NCBI GenBank assembly: GCA_963702025.1
Contig: OY969699.1
Span: forward strand, 32,001 to 96,000
Direction: 5' to 3'
Length of the DNA stretch: 64,000 nt
Origin: an uncultured bacterium
GTDB lineage: Bacteria > Babelota > Babeliae > Babelales > Vermiphilaceae
Shown here: piece by piece, positions 40,491 through 50,569 of the stretch
Numbering within the stretch: the first letter of the stretch is position 1
How the letters are laid out: every line of letters starts with the position of its first letter
Translations under genes and position numbers: made by a program
The notes under the pieces: model-generated
Told to the model about the DNA's origin: nothing
The model's input: the letters and a program-made list of their open reading frames with translations, nothing else
The model's database searches: none

Positions 40491-41321
40491 TTAATGAGCG
40501 CCGTTAAAAATGGCAACATTCAGATTATAATCATATATGTCACTCGCAGGATTGCCTATCAGAAAATTGAGATTTTCACTATCTGAATTATGTAAAACAT
40601 AGATAAATAGATTTTTATCTGCCACACTCAATGAAGAAATTTTTTGAGTAACAAACTCATAATTCCGCTGTTCTTCCAGCTTCGTTTTCTCTTGTTTTAT
40701 ACGTGCAGACAAGTGATCAAATTCACGTTGTTGCTCACCGGTAAAATACGCTGGGTGCCGTTGGGCCATTTTTTTATAGCTCTCTGATTCAATAGGATGC
40801 ACACCAACCCATTGGATATCAACCATTATATGGAGATCACAAGATACTGCTTTTACATCAAGTCCGTAGCCATTGCCACTAATAATAAATATCTCTTGTC
40901 CATTCTCATCGAAAATTCTGCCTAAAGATCTAAAGTGAAATGGTTGACGATCTTTAGTAATCTGAGCAAAGCATTCGGTGGCCCATTTTTTCCATAAAAA
41001 GCCATAATCATATACGAATCTAAAATCTTTATCTGATTTTTTAGCTTCTTGTTCAATACGTTTAAGCAATTCTTGTACTAATTTCTGCTCTTGCCCCGCT
41101 AACTGGCTATCATTATTACAATAGACCTTAGATAATAATTTATAGGCAAGAATAGCACCTGCCCCCAATCCCAAACCAATTGCCAGATTCTTTTTGGTCA
41201 AAAAAGGATAACCTAAAAATTGCCCTTTACAATCAAGAATGGCTAAAGACTCCATAGAATAGCCCATGGATGCAATCATAAGGGTACTGAAAATAACTGA
41301 TTTGATTGCTCTATTTTTCAT
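40491..41321 (-). CDS. Hypothetical secreted protein
   Basis: GGAG RBS, signal peptide, then MES. Confidence 0.65.
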   Translation of the reverse strand: MKNRAIKSVIFSTLMIASMGYSMESLAILDCKGQFLGYPFLTKKNLAIGLGLGAGAILAYKLLSKVYCNNDSQLAGQEQKLVQELLKRIEQEAKKSDKDFRFVYDYGFLWKKWATECFAQITKDRQPFHFRSLGRIFDENGQEIFIISGNGYGLDVKAVSCDLHIMVDIQWVGVHPIESESYKKMAQRHPAYFTGEQQREFDHLSARIKQEKTKLEEQRNYEFVTQKISSLSVADKNLFIYVLHNSDSENLNFLIGNPASDIYDYNLNVAIFNGAH

Positions 41322-41510
41322 AGATTCTCCATATAAATATTTTAGCATTCTTAAAACAGAACATATCTTTAATGTTACCAATAAATGTCCTCTAGCACAA
41401 CCACATTTTTATTGCCAACCTGTAAATAATTTCTTGACAAGGCTATAAAATAGGGTATTCTAAGAGTTAGAATAGTAGTATTAAGTAGTATATATGTATG
41501 GAGGTTTATT

Positions 41511-43217
41511 ATGTTATATACGTCAAAATATGCACCTTTTATGGTGTTTTTACTCGTTTCAGGCCCTTTAATGGGTATGGAACTTCCCTATCGCTTAAAT
41601 AATGCAAATTATGAAGCAAAAAATGCGATTTTCCCCATTGTTGAAGCAGGGAGCCCTGCCGATCTAGATCGGGTACTGCAAAGATTCCAAAATATCTCAA
41701 TAAATGAAATTGCCAATGACCAAGAAATGGTACCTTTATTGGTAGCTGCAGTTAATGGCAATTTGCTCGTTGTAGAATACCTTATTAACGTGCATGGCGC
41801 TGATACGGGGATTACACATCATGGCCAAAATGCACTGCATAAGGCAGCGGCAAATGGGCATCTTGATGTGGTTCAATACCTTGTTGAACAATGCCACTTT
41901 GATGTTGAATTTCCTGATGAATCAGGCAATATTCCCCTTGATTTAGCTAAAAATAATGGCCATGATCAAGTTGCTAATTATCTTGCTATTTGGGCTCAAC
42001 CAGTAGCTCCGGCGGCACTTGTAGCAAAAGCTGCTCCAAAAACAGCACCAGCAGTTGCTCAAAGACCTGCGGTTAAACAACCTATTGCACCGGTGACAAA
42101 GGCACCTGCAGTTCCTCAAAGGCCCGCAGAACCAAAAAATAATGCGCCAGCAAATCAAAAAGAAGCGAACTGCCAAATTTGCTTTGATTCTAAACAATTG
42201 CAAAAACTGAACTGTGGCCACGAATTCTGCGGTGAATGTTTAAATGGTATGCTTGATACTGCAATCCGCGATAAATCAAGCAATGCGCTCAAATGCCCAA
42301 CACCAAACTGTGCAAAAGCATTTGAACCCAAAGATATAAATACCATTAATAAAGCCAAAGCGGTTCAAATACTCGATATTCAAGCCCGCGAAGCAATGGC
42401 AAAAGATAACAATATTAAACATTGCCCAACCCCCGATTGCCCGTATTCATTTGTTAATGATGCCAATAGAGCAGAAACAATTCGCTGCGAACAATGCAGA
42501 AAAGAATATTGTTCAAATTGTTTAACTCAACACGCGCAAAAAGTTTCTTGCGAGCAAGCGAAGAAAGATTCTGCCGCAGAAAGAGCAACTCAGCAATGGA
42601 AAGATGCCAATACAAAACAATGTCCTCAATGCAAAAAGAATATTCAAAAAGATGGCGGTTGTATGCATATGACCTGTGCACAATGTCATTATGAATTTTG
42701 TTGGAACTGCATGAAAAGATGGAATGCATATGAGCATCCAAATTCTTACAGCTGCTATCAAGCACCACAACAACCAGTTAACAATAATGCAATCGTAAAC
42801 GAGCCATATGTACCCGTTCACACTGAAAATGATTTTGAAGATGGCGATATTGCTTTTGGCGTACCAGCTCAAGCCTTTGCAGTGAATAATAGAAGAGATG
42901 ATCATAGGCAACCAAATATGAATCGCATGACACAACGTCAGATCCAAAACTTTGGTCCAGTTGATTATGCAATGCGACAAAGAACTTTTAACTTTGGCGC
43001 AGTGCCACGTGATTTTAATCGTTTTAGGGCCCTTTTACTCAGAAACCAAATTACACTTATTAGAAGTGAATTTACCCGCGAAGTAAATAACGCAAGAGCA
43101 GATTACTTGGTACGTGAGATCACCACATGGTCCATTGGGGTTAATTATCATCCAAGCCAAGAAAATAGAGTTCAAGAATTGGTATTCAATGCATATCTCG
43201 AAGCAATGAATAACTAA
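41511..43217 (+). CDS. Signal peptide + ankyrin + RBR (RING1-IBR-RING2) E3 ligase-like protein
   Basis: RING1 CQIC..CGHEFCGEC..CP..C; IBR CP.PDC...C..C...YC..C..H; RING2 CPQC...IQKDGGCMHMTC..C.YEFCW.C. Confidence 0.88.
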   Translation: MLYTSKYAPFMVFLLVSGPLMGMELPYRLNNANYEAKNAIFPIVEAGSPADLDRVLQRFQNISINEIANDQEMVPLLVAAVNGNLLVVEYLINVHGADTGITHHGQNALHKAAANGHLDVVQYLVEQCHFDVEFPDESGNIPLDLAKNNGHDQVANYLAIWAQPVAPAALVAKAAPKTAPAVAQRPAVKQPIAPVTKAPAVPQRPAEPKNNAPANQKEANCQICFDSKQLQKLNCGHEFCGECLNGMLDTAIRDKSSNALKCPTPNCAKAFEPKDINTINKAKAVQILDIQAREAMAKDNNIKHCPTPDCPYSFVNDANRAETIRCEQCRKEYCSNCLTQHAQKVSCEQAKKDSAAERATQQWKDANTKQCPQCKKNIQKDGGCMHMTCAQCHYEFCWNCMKRWNAYEHPNSYSCYQAPQQPVNNNAIVNEPYVPVHTENDFEDGDIAFGVPAQAFAVNNRRDDHRQPNMNRMTQRQIQNFGPVDYAMRQRTFNFGAVPRDFNRFRALLLRNQITLIRSEFTREVNNARADYLVREITTWSIGVNYHPSQENRVQELVFNAYLEAMNN

Positions 43218-43236
43218 AATATTTGGAGATACATCC

Positions 43237-44745
43237 ATGTCAGTATTTTTGATAAAAAAGGTTTTCCCTTTAGTGATACTCATATCCGTACCCGTAATAA
43301 GTATGGAAAAAGCGGAAAAAATTATTGCCATACAGAAGGCTGCAACTAATCCTCTGCATGAAGCTGCGGCCCAGGGTAATTTGGATAAAATTCGCTTTTT
43401 AATTGAAAAATCCGGCATGGATGTAAATGCTACCGATGCAGATAATAATATTGCTTTAGATTTCGCCAAAAAAAATCATCATAATGCAGTTGCCAATTAC
43501 CTTGTGGCAACAATGAATAAAGTTGAAAAAATAAAAAAAACTGTCGATGAGAATAAAGAATTCATGGAACTCGCAGATCTGTTTGCAAAAGAGCTAAAAG
43601 TACTCGATCCTTTACGCATGTGCAATATTTGTTTGGATGAAAAAAGTAGTCCTGAATTTAGCACGCTCGGTTGCAATCATGAATTTTGTACTACATGTTT
43701 GGATAAATTTATCAAGACTGCATGCAAGGATCACTCTACCGCTGCGTTGCGCTGCCCCATTGTTGCATGTAAAAAAACAATTGAAAATAAAGATTTTCCA
43801 AAAATTACCGACGCACAAAGTATTGCAAAACTTGAAGAGATACAACTGCAAGAATGGATTATAAAACAACCGGGAGCAAAACAGTGCCCAACTCCGGAAT
43901 GTAAATATGCATTTATTGCTGACGGCAGTAATCAAAAACAAAACATTCAGTGCCCACGATGCAAAGAACATTATTGCTCTCATTGTTTAATAAATCATCC
44001 AAAACAGATCTCATGCGAAGATGCTAATCCTGAAAGAGCATCTGATACTTGGAAAAATGCGCATACTAAACCCTGTCCACAATGCAAAGCGCCGATAGAA
44101 AAAAACGAGGGTTGTTTGCATATGACATGTCAGGCCTGTCATCATGAATTTTGCTGGGAATGTTTGGTACCCTATAAAGAGATGAAGCATGGCTTCTATA
44201 AATGTGAAAAAGTTGCATCTCAAAATTCAACAACTTCAGCAGAGCCCGATTCGCCCGAAGCACTACTAGCTCGCGGAAGGGCGTTTTTAGATGAAGCCGA
44301 CCGAAGACTCGCTCGCGAAGCGGCGACTCTTGATGAAGGCGACCAAATGCTCGCTCGCGCAGAAGCGGTTATTGCAAGATTGAGAAACCAAACATCTGCA
44401 AACAATGTAAACAGACCAGATCAGGACATCGATATTGATGATCATAATGCAAGCATAATAAGCATTATGAATAGAGCGGATCAATTAATTGCTAGACATG
44501 AACATCATATTTTTGCTGAGAATCCAACAAATACTATCCGGATCACCGCCCATCCCATCCGATATCTTAAATACGGGTTTATTTTTCGTTTTATGGATTT
44601 ATCTCAAGATCAACGTAATGCGTGGGCCACCGCAATTGATCAAAGAAATATTGCTCATTTGAATGCTTGGCAGCGCGCAGATATCTGGGAAGAAGAATTA
44701 CAAATATTAGAAAGTGCTCAAACCCAAATTACCGGCAACAAATAA
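43237..44745 (+). CDS. Signal peptide + ankyrin + RBR E3 ligase-like protein (paralog)
   Basis: RING2 CPQCKAPIEKNEGCLHMTC..C.HEFCW.C; complete RING1 and IBR. Confidence 0.88.
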   Translation: MSVFLIKKVFPLVILISVPVISMEKAEKIIAIQKAATNPLHEAAAQGNLDKIRFLIEKSGMDVNATDADNNIALDFAKKNHHNAVANYLVATMNKVEKIKKTVDENKEFMELADLFAKELKVLDPLRMCNICLDEKSSPEFSTLGCNHEFCTTCLDKFIKTACKDHSTAALRCPIVACKKTIENKDFPKITDAQSIAKLEEIQLQEWIIKQPGAKQCPTPECKYAFIADGSNQKQNIQCPRCKEHYCSHCLINHPKQISCEDANPERASDTWKNAHTKPCPQCKAPIEKNEGCLHMTCQACHHEFCWECLVPYKEMKHGFYKCEKVASQNSTTSAEPDSPEALLARGRAFLDEADRRLAREAATLDEGDQMLARAEAVIARLRNQTSANNVNRPDQDIDIDDHNASIISIMNRADQLIARHEHHIFAENPTNTIRITAHPIRYLKYGFIFRFMDLSQDQRNAWATAIDQRNIAHLNAWQRADIWEEELQILESAQTQITGNK

Positions 44746-45028
44746 CTCTCTTGATCGCGTTATGGCACGCAATGAACATGAACTTTTTGCAGCAAATCCT
44801 AATGATCCTGTGCATTCATTTCCTTTTCGCCACCTTGTCAATGCCGATTTTGTTGGCCGCTTTACGCAGCTTTCTACAGCGCAACGTAATAATTGGAAGA
44901 TTGCAGTTGGCCAAAGAACAAATGGCATTTTAGACATTCTGGAACGCGCAGACATCTGGGAAGAGGAATTGTCTCGCATAGAAATACAGCAAATAAGGGA
45001 CGACTCAATAAAACTGTATTTGCTTTAG
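44714..45028 (+). pseudogene. Out-of-frame duplicate of the C-terminal domain of 43237-44745
   Basis: Shares AR.EH..FA.NP, F..LS..QRN.W..A..QR and RADIWEEEL. Confidence 0.65.
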
Positions 45029-45076
45029 CTTAAAGTTTTCTTGATACTCGGGTCTGCAAAATAGCAGGACTTTTTT

Positions 45077-45110
45077 ATTCCTATGGCGCAAAGACTAAGC
45101 AAAATTCCTT
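45077..45110 (-). repeat. Displaced copy of the atpA 3' end
   Basis: 45077-45100 is 23/24 identical to 47647-47670. Confidence 0.8.
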
Positions 45111-45215
45111 TATATTGATAAAAATATTTCTATTTGTTAAAATTATTGATTTGCAGTTATCTAATCTGATATCTTTCTTTTAGTAGTTATTTTTTTATTA
45201 TAAAAGGTAGTAGAA

Positions 45216-46232
45216 ATGGTAAAAATAGATAAATTTGCAGTATTTATTCTGGTTTTGCTCACTTTTAATCTTACAAAGCCAGTGGAAATTACTAAACAAA
45301 CGGACACAAGGTCTGCTGTTGAATTACTTCCTGTTGAACTTCAAACGCAAATTCTACACTATGTAGTCAAGGCCCCCGGAGCAACACAGGAGGAAAAATT
45401 AAAAAATGCTACTGCAAATATCCGCAATTTAATCAAAACCAATAGAGCATCTGAAGACCTTTTAAATGATGAGAACATCACCACATATCTTATTAACGAA
45501 TTAGCACGATATACACACTCGAATCAGCCTTTAGCTGCCATAGCTTTAGGGACCATTGGCGCACGAAACTGGTTTACCGACTACGCTAAAAACGAAGCCA
45601 ATTTATCAAAAATCGCAGAAATCTTACGGAATATAGCCTCGAAGTGTCAATTACATAAGGGAGATTTGGACATTGTCGAATTCATTTGTACGTATGCACC
45701 AAATGCAGTTAATATTATTGCAAACTCTGAGAAAAAAACTGCCTTGATATTTGCCGCAGAGCGTGGTCATACTGCCATTGTAAAAAAATTATTACAAGCT
45801 TCTACTCTTTCAGTTAATTTTCAAAGCAACAATGGAAATACTGCATTGATCTCCGCAGCAAAAGCAGGCCATACTGCTATCGTCCAACAATTATTGGCAG
45901 TTAAAGGTATTAATGTTAACACAAGAAACAAACAGCAGCAAAATGCATTATTCTTTGCAGCAACAGCTAATAAAACTGAAATCATGGAGAACTTATTAGC
46001 AGTCCCAGGCGTTAATGTTAATATACAAAATGAATTATCGGGAAATACTCTCTTAATGGTGACGGCGCGCAATGGCAATGTTCAAATTGTAAAAAAATTA
46101 TTAAAAAATCCCAGCGTCAAAGTAAATTTGAAAAATATAATTGGGGAGACTGCATTAGGAAGTGCAGAACAATCGAATGCTGCGAACAAAGAAACTATTA
46201 TTGAGCTTTTAAAGAAAAATGGCGCCAAATAA
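45216..46232 (+). CDS. Secreted ankyrin repeat protein with F-box-like N-terminal motif
   Basis: ELLPVELQTQIL motif; TAL..AA..GH repeats. Confidence 0.8.
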   Translation: MVKIDKFAVFILVLLTFNLTKPVEITKQTDTRSAVELLPVELQTQILHYVVKAPGATQEEKLKNATANIRNLIKTNRASEDLLNDENITTYLINELARYTHSNQPLAAIALGTIGARNWFTDYAKNEANLSKIAEILRNIASKCQLHKGDLDIVEFICTYAPNAVNIIANSEKKTALIFAAERGHTAIVKKLLQASTLSVNFQSNNGNTALISAAKAGHTAIVQQLLAVKGINVNTRNKQQQNALFFAATANKTEIMENLLAVPGVNVNIQNELSGNTLLMVTARNGNVQIVKKLLKNPSVKVNLKNIIGETALGSAEQSNAANKETIIELLKKNGAK

Positions 46233-46279
46233 GAAATAATGAGCAGATTTTAAGAGCCACAAGCGCAGGCCCTTTTTTT

Positions 46280-46361
46280 ATTCCTGCGGCGCAAACACCA
46301 AGGTAAATTCTTTGGCAATCACTATCAACTCCCCTCACTTATCTATCGGCAATATCTTCCG
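46280..46361 (-). repeat. Displaced copy of the atpA 3' end
   Basis: 46280-46328 is 43/49 identical to 47647-47695; encodes LIVIAKEFTLVFAPQE*. Confidence 0.85.
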
Positions 46362-46511
46362 TTCTTACTTATATTTTCTACTTTGGAAAATTTTCAAATA
46401 GAATTTTTATTCGAAGGTATGGGCATTTATTGTATTGCCATAATCCGCAATTTGAGCTACTTTTGACAGTAAGTATGTTACTTACTTATTTATTCTATCT
46501 GGAGGATTTTC

Positions 46512-47042
46512 ATGAAAAATATAATCTTTCTACTGCTTAGTTGCTGTGCATTCAATCTTAGGGTTTGCGCAGATGAAAAACAAGGTTATTCACACTTTAC
46601 TGGTTCGGCCTCAATGCTTACCGAATTTGACCGCGAGCATATGTCCAAAATGAAGGAGCAAGTTTCTCAGTTTTGTGAAAATGTATTAGTAGAGGGATAT
46701 TGGGCCTCATCGGCAAACCTCGAAGATGATTTTTATCATGGCGCCTATCCTTTTCCCATAGCACATGAACTATCATGGCCGGGGCAACAGCAGTTTCTTG
46801 CAAAATTAGCGCAACTTGAAAAATCAAACAATGTAGAAAAGAAGCTGATACGAGGATTTACCTTTTCACGATTAGGCTATGAAGGATGGGATGGTAATTT
46901 ATATAGTTGCAGCGAATATTGGTACAAAGATGGTTCGCGCAGTATAGTCTGGACCGATGCATTTGGACCTTTTTATGTCGCTCAACGGAATGTAAAACCA
47001 TCACGTGAATTTTATAATTTTGTTATGAATATCTCTCTTTAA
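46512..47042 (+). CDS. Secreted hypothetical protein
   Basis: Signal peptide; GYW..YPFP..RG..EY..W..NVKPS.EF pattern. Confidence 0.65.
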   Translation: MKNIIFLLLSCCAFNLRVCADEKQGYSHFTGSASMLTEFDREHMSKMKEQVSQFCENVLVEGYWASSANLEDDFYHGAYPFPIAHELSWPGQQQFLAKLAQLEKSNNVEKKLIRGFTFSRLGYEGWDGNLYSCSEYWYKDGSRSIVWTDAFGPFYVAQRNVKPSREFYNFVMNISL

Positions 47043-47055
47043 ACTGAAGGTTTTT

Positions 47056-47613
47056 ATGAAAAAACAGATCATATCACTAGTTTTATCTATCATACTCATA
47101 GCCATGCCTTTAGATATAGTTGGCCAGATTTTAAATTCACAAAACCAACCGGCTGCTAGCGGGGATGAATTTACCTCATGGCAACCCAACCCATCATTAA
47201 TACCTTTGTTGGATAGATTTTATGCAGATGCTTCTCAGACTGATTATACCTATCAGTTAAATGCTAACTTTTTTTGTTCATTGTATCAAAGCGTTAGCTC
47301 ACATGCGTGGAAATCTGAAGAAGAGAAGCTTGAGGCACAACGCTTATACAAATATATAGCAATATATCTTCATTATGCGTTCGACTTGTTACAAAAGCGA
47401 AAAGATTTAGTACAACGCTACCTTTCCGTTTGGAAAGAGGCAACGGGCCAAGAATTCACTGAAGATGATTTTTGGCAGTATTGTAGCACTGACGATGAAT
47501 CAGTGTTTACGCCTGAAGCAAAACTTTTGAATTTCTTTCTTACCGATATCATTGTCGAACAAGAAATTGAGAAATATGTTGAATCATCGTTAAAGTCATT
47601 GTATCAAGAATAA
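47056..47613 (+). CDS. Secreted hypothetical protein
   Basis: Signal peptide; GAAGG RBS. Confidence 0.65.
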   Translation: MKKQIISLVLSIILIAMPLDIVGQILNSQNQPAASGDEFTSWQPNPSLIPLLDRFYADASQTDYTYQLNANFFCSLYQSVSSHAWKSEEEKLEAQRLYKYIAIYLHYAFDLLQKRKDLVQRYLSVWKEATGQEFTEDDFWQYCSTDDESVFTPEAKLLNFFLTDIIVEQEIEKYVESSLKSLYQE

Positions 47614-47650
47614 TAAAAGAGTTTGAACCGCTGCAGATTCTCTCTCATTC

Positions 47651-49147
47651 CTACGGCGCAAAGACTAAGCTAAACTCTTTGGCGATCACTATCAAATCTT
47701 CTTTAATCTCATCGGTGATGTCTGCTGTCTGCTCAATCACATCGTAGACTGGCCGATAGAGCGATTTGGTGAAACTGACAAATTGTGTAGCAAATGAATG
47801 CACCTGCTTTACGGCAATCGCATCTAAGAAATTCTCTTTTAATAAAAATAACATTAATGCCTGATCCACAAAAGAATACGTGGTATATTGCGGCTGCTTG
47901 AGCAATTCAATAATTCGCGCGCCACGGGCCAATTTGCGCTGCGAGACTTCATCAAGTTCTGTGCCAAATTGCGCAAAATCGAGAAGCTCATGATACTGCG
48001 CTAATTCTAGCCGCAATGCTTTGGTCATTTTTTTAATTGCATTCGTTTGCGCTGCACCGCCAACACGCGATACTGATAATTCAACGTTCACTGCCGGGCG
48101 CACCCCTTCATTGAATAAAGTGGTGTCCAAAAAAATTTGACCATCGGTAATTGAAATGAGATTAGTTGGAATGTAGGCAGTAATATCATCACTTTGAATT
48201 TGCACAATCGGTAATGCAGTAATGGAGCCACCGACTGCCAATTTTCCTGCGCGTTCTAACAAACGGGAATGCAAATAGAATACATCGCCCGGGTACGCTT
48301 CGCGACCTGGTGCACGGCGCAAAAGCAACGACATTTCTCGGTAGGCAATTGCATGATTGGAAAGATCGTCGTAAATAATTAATACATCTTTTTGCTGGTC
48401 CCTAAAAAATTCGGCAATCGTGCAGGCCGCATAGGGGGCAAGATAAGCGTTTAATACCGTTTCACTTGAATCGGCACTCACCACTACCGTGTAATCAAGC
48501 GCACCCTTTTCTTCTAATTCTTGCACAATGCGAGCCAAATTTGCCTGCCGTTGCGCGATAGAAACATAGATGCAAATAACATTTTTATCTTTTTGATGCA
48601 CAATAGTATCTAAAACAATAGACGTTTTACCGGCATTTCTGTTACCGATAATAAGTTCTCGCTGCCCTTTACCAATCGGTTCGAGCGCATCAATCACCAG
48701 TATGCCTGTTTCTAATGATTCATTAACCGGGCTCCGCTGCGTAATACCGGCAATAGGCTCCTCAACGGCACGATATTCTGTTGCATTAATTTTTCCCAGC
48801 GCATCTATTGGCTTGCCCAATGCATTCACTACGCGGCCAAGCAACTGATTGCTCACCGGCACCCGAAACACATTATTGGTACGTTTTGCCACTTCCAATT
48901 CCGTAACGGGAATACTGCTATCGAGCAAAAATATTGCTACAGAATCTTCATCCAAATTAAAAATAATGCCGCTATTGCCCGATTCAAATTGTATAAGTTC
49001 GCCATATTTTGCATTATTTAAGCCATGAACAAAACAGATGTTATCGCCCACTTTTATAACCAGGCCGATTTCTTCGAGCTTCTGATCTGAAAGCCCTTGT
49101 AATGCTTTTTCAAACAGCGAAACCAGATCAGTAGTCTTAATATCCAT
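47651..49147 (-). CDS. atpA: F1 ATP synthase subunit alpha
   Basis: PIGKGQRELIIG, RRAPGREAYPGDVFYLHSRLLERA and SVSRVGG motifs. Confidence 0.97.
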   Translation of the reverse strand: MDIKTTDLVSLFEKALQGLSDQKLEEIGLVIKVGDNICFVHGLNNAKYGELIQFESGNSGIIFNLDEDSVAIFLLDSSIPVTELEVAKRTNNVFRVPVSNQLLGRVVNALGKPIDALGKINATEYRAVEEPIAGITQRSPVNESLETGILVIDALEPIGKGQRELIIGNRNAGKTSIVLDTIVHQKDKNVICIYVSIAQRQANLARIVQELEEKGALDYTVVVSADSSETVLNAYLAPYAACTIAEFFRDQQKDVLIIYDDLSNHAIAYREMSLLLRRAPGREAYPGDVFYLHSRLLERAGKLAVGGSITALPIVQIQSDDITAYIPTNLISITDGQIFLDTTLFNEGVRPAVNVELSVSRVGGAAQTNAIKKMTKALRLELAQYHELLDFAQFGTELDEVSQRKLARGARIIELLKQPQYTTYSFVDQALMLFLLKENFLDAIAVKQVHSFATQFVSFTKSLYRPVYDVIEQTADITDEIKEDLIVIAKEFSLVFAP

Positions 49148-49151
49148 ATTT

Positions 49152-49697
49152 TTAATCCTTGTGATCGTTGATCAAAGCCTGAATCCTGGCAAGCTGTTGC
49201 TTGACCGAATATTCCCAAAGATGCTCACCACTTTGCATCCGAATACCGGCTATTAAATTTTTATCCAGTTTCATCTGGCACACGATAGTATGATGAGTTT
49301 TATCATTAAGGAAATCAGTAATCGTTTTTTGTTGTAAAGAGCCCAACTCGGGACAACTTGAAATGGTAAATAGTTCAATACCCTGACGACTTTGATAAAT
49401 TTCTACGATCTGCTTTAATACATCAGCTATTAAATAACTTCTTTTTTGTTTGACCAGCAGCTGTATCAATTGTTTAAATTCAGACGGCAACGCAAAACGG
49501 GAAATTAAACAATCTTCCAGTGCATTGACTTTTAATCGTGGATCTAAAAGCGGCACCTTAAGCAGAGAGAATAATTCTGCATGGTTAGAAAAATAGGAAA
49601 TTGAAGCATTAATTTTTTCTATATATTCGGGCAGCAGAGAAAATAAATTCAAAAAGGCTTGCGCGTATCTTTTTGCAAGAAAGAATCGTGAATCCAT
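49152..49697 (-). CDS. atpH: ATP synthase subunit delta
   Basis: AKRYAQA and D.NLIAG motifs; operon position. Confidence 0.85.
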   Translation of the reverse strand: MDSRFFLAKRYAQAFLNLFSLLPEYIEKINASISYFSNHAELFSLLKVPLLDPRLKVNALEDCLISRFALPSEFKQLIQLLVKQKRSYLIADVLKQIVEIYQSRQGIELFTISSCPELGSLQQKTITDFLNDKTHHTIVCQMKLDKNLIAGIRMQSGEHLWEYSVKQQLARIQALINDHKD

Positions 49698-49699
49698 AA

Positions 49700-50182
49700 T
49701 TATTTTCTTTCCAAGCCGGTAATGAGTTTATCAAGATAGGTTTGGGCCCACATTTTGTTTGTTTCTTGCGCAAAAAAATTGTTTACCTCGTCAAGAGCAT
49801 CGGTAATCTTTTGCCGTGTAGCCTGCCGCTTTGCAATTTCTTTATTTTTACTAACCACCCGTGCAACTGCATGATCCATATATCGGTGATATTCACCGTG
49901 CTTTTTAACATTCTCCAAGCGCACTTTTAATGTCCATTCATCGATTTTTTCTTTTAAGAGTGATGCATGATTCTCTTGTTTTTGTAATTTCTTTTCAAGG
50001 TTGGCTGATTTCCCCCGCAAAAAAAGCTCCTGCTCTTCTAGTCCTTTGATGAGCATCTCTTTTTGGGTAATTTTTTCGTCGATTGAATTCTTAAAATATT
50101 TCTGAAATATAAAAGCGCCTATTCCTGCCAGAACCCCGAAATTTAAGAGTCGAAAAAAAATGGTTAATGAACTACTTACCAT
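49700..50182 (-). CDS. atpF: ATP synthase subunit b
   Basis: F.LLNF TM segment then coiled coil; operon position. Confidence 0.7.
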   Translation of the reverse strand: MVSSSLTIFFRLLNFGVLAGIGAFIFQKYFKNSIDEKITQKEMLIKGLEEQELFLRGKSANLEKKLQKQENHASLLKEKIDEWTLKVRLENVKKHGEYHRYMDHAVARVVSKNKEIAKRQATRQKITDALDEVNNFFAQETNKMWAQTYLDKLITGLERK

Positions 50183-50543
50183 GACCCACCTTTTGTAAAA
50201 GAGCGTCAGCGATAAAGGGAGCAATATCCTCGATCCTACTTTTTTCGATTGTTGGAATAACAATTGATGGGATAACTGGCCCGCCGATCAAGGGTTCTTC
50301 TTTAAAAGAAGGACGATGGTGCAAAAAGTAATCCCGCGCCCGGCGCCAGTGCTCTTGCAAATTTTGCTCATTGCGTTCAACCTGCATTTGCCCCGACTGC
50401 ACAGATCGCACTAATGATTCTTGCAACGTATCTTGCGTGGCAATTTCGTGATATGCCTGTTTAAAAAAGAAATATTTTATAGCAACGTATGCAATGAAAA
50501 AATGAAATGCCTGCACAATCAACGTGCTATTAATAATTGACAT
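50172..50543 (-). CDS. ATP synthase subunit b'-like
   Basis: INSTLIVQ..HF...Y...K..FFK. Confidence 0.65.
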   Translation of the reverse strand: MSIINSTLIVQAFHFFIAYVAIKYFFFKQAYHEIATQDTLQESLVRSVQSGQMQVERNEQNLQEHWRRARDYFLHHRPSFKEEPLIGGPVIPSIVIPTIEKSRIEDIAPFIADALLQKVGHGK

Positions 50544-50569
50544 GAGGCCAACCCTCTGCCCAGATGGTT

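Noticed and set aside
42030..42130. APAVxQRPA repeat in the RBR linker
   Set aside because: Ordinary low-complexity linker duplication
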